DNA of 64,000 bases from NCBI GenBank assembly GCA_963814545.1, contig CAWFDC010000014.1, forward strand, positions 201,387-265,386, in the 5' to 3' direction. A program made the position numbers and the translations under genes. The stretch comes from an uncultured Thermoleophilia bacterium. GTDB taxonomy: Bacteria; Actinomycetota; Thermoleophilia; UBA2241. Shown in pieces: positions 1 to 9,689 of this stretch. How positions within the stretch are numbered: the first letter of the stretch is position 1; each line of letters starts with the position of its first letter. The notes beneath the pieces are model-generated. The model made no database searches. It was not told the DNA's origin and saw only the letters and a program-made list of their open reading frames with translations.

Positions 1-132
1 ATCGTGCAGCTCCACCGCGGACACATCAGCGCCGACTCGAAGAAGGGAGAGTGGGCCCAGTTCTGCGTCGAGATCCCGGCGACGCTCGAGTGCCCTCTCC
101 CTCAAGCGACCAGTACTGGAGACACCCCATGA
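1..132 (+). CDS. sensor histidine kinase, extreme C-terminus only (gene begins upstream of window)
   Basis: Frame 1 reads IVQLHRGHISADSKKGEWAQFCVEIPATL..., resembling the end of an HATPase_c domain. Its TGA overlaps the hydG ATG (ATGA). Too short for a firm call. Confidence 0.3.
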   Translation: MVQLHRGHISADSKKGEWAQFCVEIPATLECPLPQATSTGDTP

Positions 133-1527
133 CCGTCCCGCAGACCGGCAGCTTCATCGACGAGACCCGCATCGACGAGGCGCTGGGCGCCGCCGCCGAC
201 AAGGACGCGGCGCGCGTCCGCGACGTGCTCGCCAAGGCGCGCGAGCTCGAAGGCCTCGAGCATGGAGGACGTCGCCGTGCTCTCCTCGGTCAGCGACCCG
301 GAGCTGCTCGGCGAGCTCTTCGCCACGGCGCGCGACGTCAAGGACGCGATCTACGGCGCGCGCCTCGTGCTCTTCGCCCCTCTCTACGTCTCGAACCTGT
401 GCACCAACGACTGCCTCTACTGCGCCTTCCGCGTGCGCAACAAGGAGCTCAAGCGCCGCGCCCTGACGCAGGAGGAGATCCGCCGCGAGGTCGAGATCCT
501 CGTCGACCAGGGGCACAAGCGCGTGCTGCTCGTGGCCGGCGAGTCGTACCCGAAGCAGGGCTTCCAGTACGTGCTCGACTCGGTGGCGACGATCTACGAC
601 GTCAAGCGCGGCAACGGCGAGATCCGCCGCATCAACGTCAACGTCGCGCCGCTCAGCGTCGACGAGTTCCGTGCCCTCAAGGCGACCGGCATCGGCACCT
701 ACCAGCTCTTCCAGGAGACCTACCACCGCGAGACCTACGGCGCGGTGCACGTCGGCGGCAAGAAGCGCGACTACGACTGGCGCGTCACCGCCATGCACCG
801 CGCCATGGAGGCGGGCATCGACGACGTCGGCATCGGCGTCCTCTTCGGGCTCTTCGACTGGCGCTTCGAGGTCCTCGCCCTCATGCAGCACATCCGCGAG
901 CTCGAGCGCGCCTACGGCGTCGGGCCGCACACGATCAGCATGCCGCGCCTCGAGCCGGCCATCGGCAGCGACATGGCCTGCGAGCCGCCCTTCCCCGTCG
1001 ACGACGTCGACTTCCGCAAGCTCGTCGCGATCCTGCGGCTCGCCGTCCCCTACACGGGCATGATCATGAGCACCCGCGAGACGCCCAACATCCGCCGCGA
1101 GACCTTCGCCCTCGGCGTCACCCAGATCTCGGCCGGCAGCCGCACCAACCCGGGCGGCTACGTCGAGGACGAGCACTTCGACGAGGCGCAGTTCCAGCTC
1201 GGCGACCACCGGGCGCTCGACGAGGTCATCCGCGACGTCGCCGAGCTCGGCTACATCCCGTCCTTCTGCACCGCCTGCTACCGCCTCGGCCGCACGGGCA
1301 TGGACTTCATGGACCTCGCCAAGCCCGGCGACATCAAGCACCACTGCGACCCGAACGCGCTCTCGACCTTCCTCGAGTACCTGCTCGACTACGGCAGCGA
1401 GGCGACGCGCGCGGTCGGCGAGCCGCTCATCGCGCGCACGACGGCCGCGATGGACCCGGTGCGCCGGGCCCACACCGAGAAGATGCTGGCGCAGGTGCGC
1501 GCCGGCAAGCGCGACGTGCTCTGCTGA
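129..1527 (+). CDS. hydG: [FeFe]-hydrogenase maturase HydG (radical SAM tyrosine lyase), frame-disrupted near 255-265
   Basis: N-terminus MTVPQTGSFIDETRIDEALG...KARELEGLE lies in the frame of ORF 51..1892. ORF 262..1527 continues MEDVAVLSSVSDPELL with the radical-SAM motif CTNDCLYCAF and the C-terminal FeS region CTACYRLGRTG...HHCDPN. Span is 1399 nt (3n+1), so one +1 break. Confidence 0.9.
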
Positions 1528-1631
1528 CGGGTACACTCCGCCGACGGAGGAGCCGTCACTCCGGGCGCCGCGACACGCCGGCCCCGGTCACGACCCGCGC
1601 GAGGCATCGCGCCGACACGACGAGGAGCGAC

Positions 1632-1892
1632 ATGAGCGACGAGCACATCATCATCGGCATCCACGTGAGCGACCGGCTCAAGAACGCCGTCGAGGTGCAG
1701 AAGGTCTTCACCGAGTTCGGCTGCAACATCAAGACCCGCATCGGCCTGCACGACGTGGACGCCGAGGTGTGCTCGCCCAGCGGCGTCGTGCTGATCGAGT
1801 TCTACGGCACGACCGCTGAGGCCGAGGCGATGGCCGCCAAGGTCGGCGCCGTCGAGGGCGTCGACGTGCAGACGATGGTGTTCGGGCACTGA
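1632..1892 (+). CDS. small ACT/NikR-C-like protein of the TM1266 family (putative iron-only hydrogenase system regulator)
   Basis: 86 aa, MSDEHIIIGIHVSDRLKNAVEVQKVFTEFGCNIKTRIGLHD... It sits between hydG and the lyase-like gene, as in Thermotoga-type hydEFG clusters. The family assignment is from memory of that synteny. Confidence 0.6.
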   Translation: MSDEHIIIGIHVSDRLKNAVEVQKVFTEFGCNIKTRIGLHDVDAEVCSPSGVVLIEFYGTTAEAEAMAAKVGAVEGVDVQTMVFGH

Positions 1893-1982
1893 CGACGAGA
1901 GCGCGACAGGGACGGGGCGTCCGCGCCGCCCGCCACCGCGACAGGTGGCGCGCAGGGCACGCCGCCCGGCCCCGGGGGTGAG

Positions 1983-3416
1983 ATGAGCAGCGACGACAGC
2001 CGCATCGAGCGTGACCTCCTCGGCGAGGCGCCGATGCCGGCCGGCGCGCTCTGGGGCGTGCACACGTTGCGGGCGCGCGAGAACTTCGCCCTCGCCGGCC
2101 GCCCCGTGCACGCCGAGCTCGTGCACGCCTTCGGCACCGTCAAGCTCGCCTGCGCGCGCACCAACCGGCAGCTCGGCGCCTGGTCGGGCGACGAGGTCAA
2201 GGCCGAGGCCATCGAGCGCGCCTGCCGCGAGATGGCCGACGGCCTGCTCGACGAGCACGTGATCGTCGACGCGCTGCAGGGCGGCGCCGGCACGAGCACC
2301 AACATGAACGTCAACGAGGTGCTCGCCAACCGCGCCCTCGCGATCCTCGGCGAGCCGCCCGGGAGCTACGCCCGCGTCTCGCCGACCGGCGACCTCAACC
2401 TCCACCAGTCGACCAACGACGTCTTCCCCACCGCCCTGCGCCTCGCCGCCATCACCCTGCTGCACCGCCTCGAGGACCAGGTCGTCACCCTGCAGGAGGC
2501 CTTCCAGGCCAAGGAGCAGGAGTTCGGCCACGTGGTGAAGGTCGCCCGCACCCAGTACCAGGACGCGGTGCTCACGACGCTGGGCCGCGAGATGGGCGCC
2601 TACGCCGAGGCCCTCAACCGCGACCGCTGGCGCATCTACAAGTGCGAGGAGCGCCTGCGCGTGGTCAACCTCGGCGGCACCGCCGTCGGCACCGGCTTCG
2701 CCGCCCCGCGGCAGTACATCTTCCGCGTCGTCGACACGCTGCGCGAGCTGACCAGCGTCGGCTTCGCGCGGGCCGAGAACCTGACCGAGGCGACGCAGAA
2801 CGCCGACGTCTTCCCCGAGGTCTCGGGCATCCTCAAGGCGCACGCCGCGACGCTGCTCAAGGTGGCCGGCGACCTGCGCCTGATGAGCTCGGGGCCCGAG
2901 GCCGGGCTGGGCGAGATCCGCCTGCCGCAGCGGCAGGCGGGGTCGAGCATCATGCCGGGCAAGGTCAACCCTGTGATCCCCGAGGCGGTGACGCAGGTCG
3001 CCCTCCTCGTCATGAGCTACGACCAGACGATCGCCCTGGCGGCGGGGCTCGGCAGCCTCGAGCTCAACCCCTTCCTGCCGCTGATCGCCGTCTGCCTGCT
3101 CGACAGCCTCGAGCTGCTGGCGCGCGCCGACGAGACCCTGCGACGCCACTGCGTCGAGGGGCTCGAGGCCGACGAGGAGCGCTGCCGCGCCCACGTGCAG
3201 GCGTCGAGCGCGGCGGCCACGGCTCTGGTGCCCGAGATCGGCTACGAGGCGGCGAGCGACGTCGTGCGCGCCGCCCGCGAGCGCGGCCTCACGGTCCGCG
3301 AGGTCGTCGTGGGCGACGGCCTCCTGACCGCCGAGCAGTTCGACGAGCTGCTCAGCGCCGAGGCCGTCTGCCGCCTCGGCATGCCCGACAAGCTCGGGCG
3401 CAGCCTCGAAGGGTAA
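1983..3416 (+). CDS. aspartate ammonia-lyase / class II fumarase family protein (HydEFG-associated type)
   Basis: Intact 477-aa ORF with GAGTSTNMNVNEVLANRA and GSSIMPGKVNP signature segments of the fumarate-lyase superfamily. Embedded between hydG and hydF. Confidence 0.8.
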   Translation: MSSDDSRIERDLLGEAPMPAGALWGVHTLRARENFALAGRPVHAELVHAFGTVKLACARTNRQLGAWSGDEVKAEAIERACREMADGLLDEHVIVDALQGGAGTSTNMNVNEVLANRALAILGEPPGSYARVSPTGDLNLHQSTNDVFPTALRLAAITLLHRLEDQVVTLQEAFQAKEQEFGHVVKVARTQYQDAVLTTLGREMGAYAEALNRDRWRIYKCEERLRVVNLGGTAVGTGFAAPRQYIFRVVDTLRELTSVGFARAENLTEATQNADVFPEVSGILKAHAATLLKVAGDLRLMSSGPEAGLGEIRLPQRQAGSSIMPGKVNPVIPEAVTQVALLVMSYDQTIALAAGLGSLELNPFLPLIAVCLLDSLELLARADETLRRHCVEGLEADEERCRAHVQASSAAATALVPEIGYEAASDVVRAARERGLTVREVVVGDGLLTAEQFDELLSAEAVCRLGMPDKLGRSLEG

Positions 3417-3428
3417 GGAGTACGCGCT

Positions 3429-4736
3429 ATGGGCCTGATGGACGCACCTCGCGGCATGCGGCTGCACATCGGCATCTTCGGCCGCCGCAACGTCGGCAAG
3501 TCCAGCCTCCTCAATGCCATCACGCGCCAGGAGGTCTCGATCGTCAGCGACTTCGCCGGCACCACGACCGACCCGGTCGAGAAGCCCATGGAGCTGCTGC
3601 CGCTCGGGCCCGTCCTCTTCATCGACACCGCCGGCATCGACGACGTCGGCGTGCTCGGCGAGCTGCGCGCGCGGCGCACGATGCAGATCTTCGACCGCAC
3701 CGACCTCGGTGTGCTGGTCACCGAGGCGGGCTCGTGGGGCGAGTTCGAGGACGGGATCCTCGACGAGTTCCAGGAGCGCAAGACGCCGGTCGTCGTCGTC
3801 TACAACAAGATCGACCTGAACCAGCACCCGGCCCCGGTGCCGCGCCTCGAGGAACTCAAGATCACCCCGGTGCGGACGCAGGCGAGCGAGGGGCGCGGCG
3901 TGCTCGACTTCCGTCAGGCCCTGCTCGACGCCGCGCCGCCCGACTTCATCGACAACCCGTCGATCCTCGGCGACCTCGTGAGCTCCGGCGAGATGGCCGT
4001 GCTCGTGGTGCCGATCGACAAGGAGGCGCCGCGCGGCCGTCTGATCCTGCCGCAGGTGCAGTCGATCCGCGACCTCATGGACTCGGACGCCATGGCACTG
4101 GTCGTCAAGGAGCGCGAGCTCGGGCACGCCCTCGAGCAGCTCAAGCGCCCGCCGCGGCTCGTGGTGACCGACTCGCAGGCCTTCCTCAAGGTCGCGGCCG
4201 ACACGCCGCGCGACGTACCGATGACGAGCTTCTCGATCCTCTTCGCGCGCTTCAAGGGCGACCTCACGAGCCAGGTCGAGGGCACGCTCGCCGTCGACGG
4301 GCTGAAGAGCGGCGCCCGCGTCCTCATCGCCGAGGCCTGCAGCCACCACCCCATCGCCGAGGACATCGGCCGCGTCAAGATCCCGCGCTGGCTCACGCAG
4401 TACGTCGGCGGCAAGCTGCACATCGAGCACGTGCAGGGTCACGACTTCCCCGACGACCCCACGGGCTGGGACCTCGTGATCCACTGCGGCGCCTGCACCT
4501 TCAACCGGCGAGCGATGCTGGGGCGGATCCTGCGCTGCAAGCAGGCCGGCGTGCCGATCACCAACTACGGCCTCGTCATCGCCTACAGCCTGGGCATCTT
4601 CGAGCGCGCCCTGCAGCCGTTCCCGGCGGCGCTCGAGGCGCTCCGCCAGGCGCGCGAGCGCGCCCTCGAGGAGCACGCCGCGCCGCCGGTCACCGCCGGG
4701 CTGCCCGACGATGTCGCCGTCGACGAGCTGTGCTGA
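3429..4736 (+). CDS. hydF: [FeFe]-hydrogenase maturation GTPase HydF
   Basis: Intact 435-aa ORF. P-loop GRRNVGKSS and DTAG are present. C-terminal cluster-binding motifs EACSHHP ... HCGACTFN (CxHx~50HCxxC). Confidence 0.9.
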   Translation: MGLMDAPRGMRLHIGIFGRRNVGKSSLLNAITRQEVSIVSDFAGTTTDPVEKPMELLPLGPVLFIDTAGIDDVGVLGELRARRTMQIFDRTDLGVLVTEAGSWGEFEDGILDEFQERKTPVVVVYNKIDLNQHPAPVPRLEELKITPVRTQASEGRGVLDFRQALLDAAPPDFIDNPSILGDLVSSGEMAVLVVPIDKEAPRGRLILPQVQSIRDLMDSDAMALVVKERELGHALEQLKRPPRLVVTDSQAFLKVAADTPRDVPMTSFSILFARFKGDLTSQVEGTLAVDGLKSGARVLIAEACSHHPIAEDIGRVKIPRWLTQYVGGKLHIEHVQGHDFPDDPTGWDLVIHCGACTFNRRAMLGRILRCKQAGVPITNYGLVIAYSLGIFERALQPFPAALEALRQARERALEEHAAPPVTAGLPDDVAVDELC

Positions 4737-4772
4737 GGCGTCGCGTCGCGCGCGCATGAGCACCCCGAACGC

Positions 4773-5883
4773 ATGAGCGCCCCGAACGGAGAGAACCCGC
4801 CGCTCGGTGTCGCCGACGCCCTCTCCCGCGCCGCGCTCGAGAGCTGGCTGCGCGAGGACGACCCGGCGCGCCTCGAGGAGCTGTGGTGCGCCGCGGACGA
4901 GACCCGCCGCGACTACGTCGGCGACGAGGTGCACCTGCGCGGCCTCTGCGAGGTCTCCAACGTCTGCGTGCGCGCCTGCACCTACTGCGGCATCCGCGCG
5001 CCCGAACCGCGGCGTCCAGCGCTACCGCATGGAAGCGGACGATGTCGTGGTCTGCGCCCGTCAGGCCCGCGAGTTCGGCTACGGCACCATCGTCCTGCAG
5101 GCCGGCGAGGACTACGGTCTGCCGGCCGACTGGGTCGCCGGTGTCGTGCGGCGCATCAGGGAGGAGACGGCGCTCGCGATCACGCTCAGTCTCGGCGAGC
5201 GCCCCGAGGCCGATCTCGCCGCCTGGCGCGAGGCCGGCGCCGACCGCTACCTGCTGCGCTTCGAGACCTCGGACGAGGGGCTGTACCGGCACATCCACCC
5301 CGACCTGCCGGGACGGGTCAGCGACCGCCTCGCCGACCTGCGCACCCTGCAGCGCCTGGGCTACGAGGCCGGCACCGGCATCATGGTCGGGGTGCCCGGC
5401 CAGACCTTCGCCTCGGTAGCCGACGACATCGACCTCTTTCGAGGGATGGACATGGACATGATCGGCATCGGGCCGTACCTGCCGCACCCGGCGACGCCGC
5501 TGGGGGCGGAGTTCGCCGCCCGGGTCGCCAACGACGACTGGCCGTCCGACCAGGCGCCCAACAGCGAGCTCATGACCTGCAAGGTGATCGCCCTCACCCG
5601 GCTGGTGCGCCCCGACGCCAACCTGCCGGCGACGACCGCGCTCTCGCTCGTCGACAGGGAGGCGGGGCGCTCGCACGGGCTGCGGCGCGGGGCCAACGTG
5701 GTGATGCCGAACCTGACCCCGCCCGAGTACCGCGAGAAGTACGAGATCTACCCCGAGAAGGCCGCCGTGCACGAGACCGCGGAGGCGATCAACGCCAGCA
5801 TCCAGGCGCTGCTGCGCGAGCTCGGGAGGACGGTCGGGAAGGGCGCCGGCGGGCGCGGGCGTACGCCCGGCTCCGGCGTCTGA
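4773..5883 (+). CDS. hydE: [FeFe]-hydrogenase maturase HydE (radical SAM), frame-disrupted near 5005
   Basis: ORF 4773 carries ...CEVSNVCVRACTYCGIRA (CxxxCxxC). ORF 4807 continues RGVQRYRMEADDVV...QAGEDYG...LRFETSDEGLY...GIMVGVPGQT. Span is 1111 nt (3n+1), so one +1 break. Confidence 0.85.
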
Positions 5884-5954
5884 GGATACTGCCGGAAGCA
5901 GGCGGCCGGCATCGGGGCCCGGATCAGGGCTCGAGGCGGCGTGCCGTGGGGCCG

Positions 5955-6000
5955 GACGGCGAGGGGCCGGGGCGCTGATGCGCCCCGGCCCCTCGCCGTC
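5955..6000. terminator. 21-bp perfect-stem GC hairpin between convergent hydE and the phosphodiesterase gene
   Basis: gacggcgaggggccggggcgc-tgat-gcgccccggcccctcgccgtc followed by ttc. Located in the convergent intergenic gap. Confidence 0.55.
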
Positions 6001-6051
6001 TTCACGCCCGCGAAGCGCTGCACGCGCTCCGTCGTGGCGGATCGACCTCCG

Positions 6052-7782
6052 TTACGGCTTGATCGGGATCTTGTAGGCCTTGCCGTCGGTCGGCGAGGTC
6101 TGCTCGATACCCAGCGTGCGGAGGATCGTCGGCATGACGTCGGCGAGGCGGATCTCCGCCTTCTTGACGCCCTGGCAGATGCCTGGGTTGTACCAGACCA
6201 TCGGCACGCGCTGGACCTGCCGCTGGTGGCCGCCGTGGTCACCCCAGACCGAGTAGTTCGTGTGGTCGGCGAGCAGCCCGACGACATCCGCCGAGCCCTC
6301 GAAGGCCATCGTGTTGACGAGTTCCTGCCCGTGCAGCTTCCACCACGACTTCTCCGCCGACGTCATCGGCGTGCACGTCCTCCCGGCTCTGAAGACCTTG
6401 TAGCTGTCGTTGTCCTTACTCTTCACGTAGGTCGCGACGACGCCGGGCAGCGTGCCCATCACCTTGGCGGCCGCGATCTTCTTGCTCCAGGACTGGTCGA
6501 TCAGGTAGGTGTGGATGGAGGTCGACTGGTAGCTGAACCTGACGTTGCCGGTCGCCATGAGCGGCGCCAGCGCCGGCGGGCCGTCACTCCAGTTCGGCAC
6601 CATCGGATCGGTGCCCCAGCCGGGCACCCACGCGCCGGCGTACCAGCCGGCCGAGTTGCCGCCGTCGTACACGTTGCTGCCGCCGAAGAACCGCTCGGAG
6701 TCCTGGCCACCGTGGTCGGCCAGCACCACGATGAGGGTCTCCTCGAACTGCCCGAGCTCCTTCAGCTTGGCGATCAAGCGGCCGAGCGCGTTGTCGGCGT
6801 TCTTGGCCGCGAACGGCAGGTGGACCCAGTCGAAGTTGCTGTTCGGGTCCCACGTGTAGTTCAGCAGGTCGTCGACGTCGCCGCCGCCCCACATGTGACC
6901 CATCTTGTCGATGGCGCTGAAGTTCAGGAAGAGGCCCGACCAGTCCTCGTTCTCCATGATGGCCGTCGCCGCGTTGGCGACCCAGCCGTCACCGCTCTCG
7001 CGACCGGCCAGCGTACCGGGGACGTAGCGGCCGTCCTCGTAGTACATCCACGCCGGCGCCGTCGAGGCGGTGCCGTAGTCGTCGCCGACCTTCACGTCGG
7101 AGCTGATGTAGAAGCGGTAGTCCGTCGTGGATGTAGCTCGGGCACGTTGCCGGCGGGCCGCGCCACCGGGCCGGCAACGGGTCGATGCCCATGGGTTCCA
7201 GCACCGCCGGGTCGTTGCTGATGTAGCTGGGCAGGTGCCGTGAGCGCCTTGCGCGAGCCCATGCGCACCCAGTAGTCGGCGTTCGCGGCGGCCATCGACT
7301 CGACCTGGTAGCCCTTCTGGCCGATCATCGCGACGACGGTGCCGGGGAACTTCTCGTGCAGGTAGTCGCCGATCTTCGGGTAGTCGCCGGCCGCCTCGAT
7401 GAGCTTCACGTAGTCGTTGTAGCCGAGGGCGCCGGTCTCGACGATGGCGCCCTCGCCGTAGCCGAGCAGCCCGTCGATGTCACGGATCGCCTCGTCCGAC
7501 CAGCCCATGTGCTTCGGGAACAGGCCGCTCGCGATCACGTTGTGACTGACGACCGTGTCGGACTGCATGTGCCCCACGTAGGCGTTCGGGAAGTGCAGGC
7601 CGTTCTCCTGGAGCCAGAGCACGTTGGTCATGTCGTACTGCTCGGCGTACTCGGGCCGCATCTGGTCCATGACGACGAGGAGCACGCGCGTCGGCTGCTG
7701 CGCGAACGCCGACGCCGGCCAGCACGAGCAACAGCAGGAGCGAGACGAGCAGAAGGATGGAGAGACGACGGACCCTGACCAT
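6052..7782 (-). CDS. secreted alkaline-phosphatase-superfamily phosphodiesterase/nucleotide pyrophosphatase-like protein, multiply frame-disrupted
   Basis: Signal peptide MVRVRRLSILLLVSLLLLLVLAG is followed by LLVVMDQMRPEY, VLADHGGQD and WGDHGGH metal-site-like motifs. The pieces lie in ORFs 7480..7866, 7092..7685, 6989..7204 and 6052..7095, with at least 3 frame changes. Confidence 0.6.
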
Positions 7783-8101
7783 GTGGTACCCCCTTGGCCG
7801 TGGATGAACGGCGCCTACCGGCCGCCCGTTGCCCGGGACGTATACATGGAGGGGCCTCGGTGTCAACGGCGTGTTGCGTGTCTCGCTTCACGCCGAGCCT
7901 CGGGCGTTGCCAGTCCTGACAACGACCGCGCGGGCCGGCGCGTGCGCGAGGCGGCGGGCCGGGGCACGCCGGCGACGCCGAGGGCGCGACGCCGAGAGGC
8001 GACGTCGGCGGGTCACCGGCGACGCCCGGCGCAGGCGCCGGGCGCCTGCCCCGCCCTCAGTCGCGCGCCCCGGAGGCATCCGGTATACTCCGTCTCCGCG
8101 T

Positions 8102-8178
<77 letters not shown>

Positions 8179-8194
8179 GGCCCTCACCCCTCCC

Positions 8195-8464
8195 TCAGTT
8201 CATCGAGAGCAGGCGCTCGTAGGCCTGCGGGTCGTAGCCGCCGACCGCCCTCCCCCCGATCATCACGAACGGGAAGCCCTGGATCTTGTGCGCCCGCATG
8301 TCGGCGGCGATGCGACGCTTCAGGTCGTTGCTCACGGTGTCGAACTCGATGACCGTCGGCTGCACGCCGCGCTGCCTGAAGAACGCCTTGGCCTGCGCGC
8401 AGTGCCCGCAGGTCGTGAGCGACACGATCAGTACTGGCGGCGTGGCCACCGGTGGCCTCCTCAT
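8195..8464 (-). CDS. glutaredoxin/NrdH-like thiol-disulfide oxidoreductase
   Basis: MRRPPVATPPVLIVSLTTCGHCAQAKAFF... has a CGHC active site in a short thioredoxin fold, and GFPFVMIGGRAVGGYD is glutaredoxin-like. The longest ORF extends to 8518. Confidence 0.7.
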   Translation of the reverse strand: MRRPPVATPPVLIVSLTTCGHCAQAKAFFRQRGVQPTVIEFDTVSNDLKRRIAADMRAHKIQGFPFVMIGGRAVGGYDPQAYERLLSMN

Positions 8465-8685
8465 GGAAAGGACAGATGCAGTCCTGTATATACCCGGAGG
8501 CTCAAGGGACGAGTTCACCCATACGCTAGGCGCGCAGCCGGGGGCCTGCGAGGATGAGCTGAGCGCACGAGCGAATGGGCTCGGGGCGCACTCAGCGCCT
8601 GGCAGCGGGGCAGCGCCTGCGTCACGAGACCGGCGCCGATCGCCGCCGGTGTATCGTTGGCACCGCCCCGCGGCAAGGAGAGCGC

Positions 8686-9659
8686 ATGCAGGTGCCGATC
8701 GACTGGCTGCTCGACGGTGAGCCCTACGTCAGCTACCGGACGCGACGCGACCTGCTCGGCGAGGCGGCGGGCAGCGGTCCGGTCGTCGAGGCCCGGCGCG
8801 AGATGCTCGCCGACCCGCAGGTCCGCAGCCTCGTCGACGGCCTCGCCGGATGGCCGGGCACCGTCATCGCGAGCCACAAGAGCGCCGGCCAGCCGTTCCA
8901 CCGGCTGACCTTCGTGGCCGACCTCGGGCTGCGTGCCGACGACCCCGGCGTCTCCGAGATCGTCGCCGCCGTCCGCGCCCATCAGTCGGCAGAGGGTCCG
9001 TACCAATTGCCGACGAACGTCCCGCAACGGTACGGGGGGACGGGTGTCGAGACGTGGGCATGGGCGCTCTGCGACGCCCCGCTCCTCGTCTACGGCTGGC
9101 GACCATGGGCCTCGGCGAGGATCCCGGCGTGCGCAGGGCGATGGCGCACCTCGTCGGTCTCGTACGCGAGAACGGCTGGCCGTGCGTGGTCTCGAGGGAG
9201 CTCGGGAGCTTCCGGGGGCCGGGAGCGAAGGCCGATGCATGCCCGTTCGCCACGCTCGCGATGCTGAAGGCCCTCGGCGCGTTTGACGACCTTCGCGACT
9301 CGGAGGCGTGCCGCACCGGCGCCGAGACGCTGCTCGGCCTCTGGGGCGCGAGTCGCGAGCGGCACCCGTATCTCTTCTACATGGGCACCGACTTCCGCAA
9401 GCTCAAGGCCCCTTTCGTCTGGTACGACCTCCTGCACGTGCTCGACGTGCTCACGCGCTTCCCCTGGCTCGCCGGCGACCCGCGGCTCGACGACATGCTC
9501 GACACGCTGACGGCGAAGGCGGACGAGCGCGGGCGCTTCACCGCCGAGTCCGTGTGGGCGCCGTGGAAGCACTGGGAGTTCGGCCAGAAGAAGCAGCCAT
9601 CGCGATGGATCACGCTGCTCTCGTGGCGCATCCTCGGCCGCGCGGCCGCCGGCCGGTGA
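8686..9659 (+). CDS. hypothetical protein (weak resemblance to alpha/alpha-toroid prenyltransferase/terpene-cyclase-like repeats), frame-disrupted near 9100
   Basis: ORF 8575..9267 (from MQVPIDWLLDGEPY) continues in ORF 8850..9659 (...GEDPGVRRAMAHLVGLVRENGWPCV...). The functional call is only by motif feel. Confidence 0.3.
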
Positions 9660-9689
9660 GTCGGCCGGCGGCCGCGCCACGACACCGCG

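Noticed and set aside
1389-4934. 1181-aa ORF on the minus strand spanning hydG to hydE
   Set aside because: It is antisense to four well-supported genes. Its composition is Arg/Ala/Gly/Val/Asp-rich with no motifs. This is a typical stop-poor shadow frame of ~70% GC DNA.
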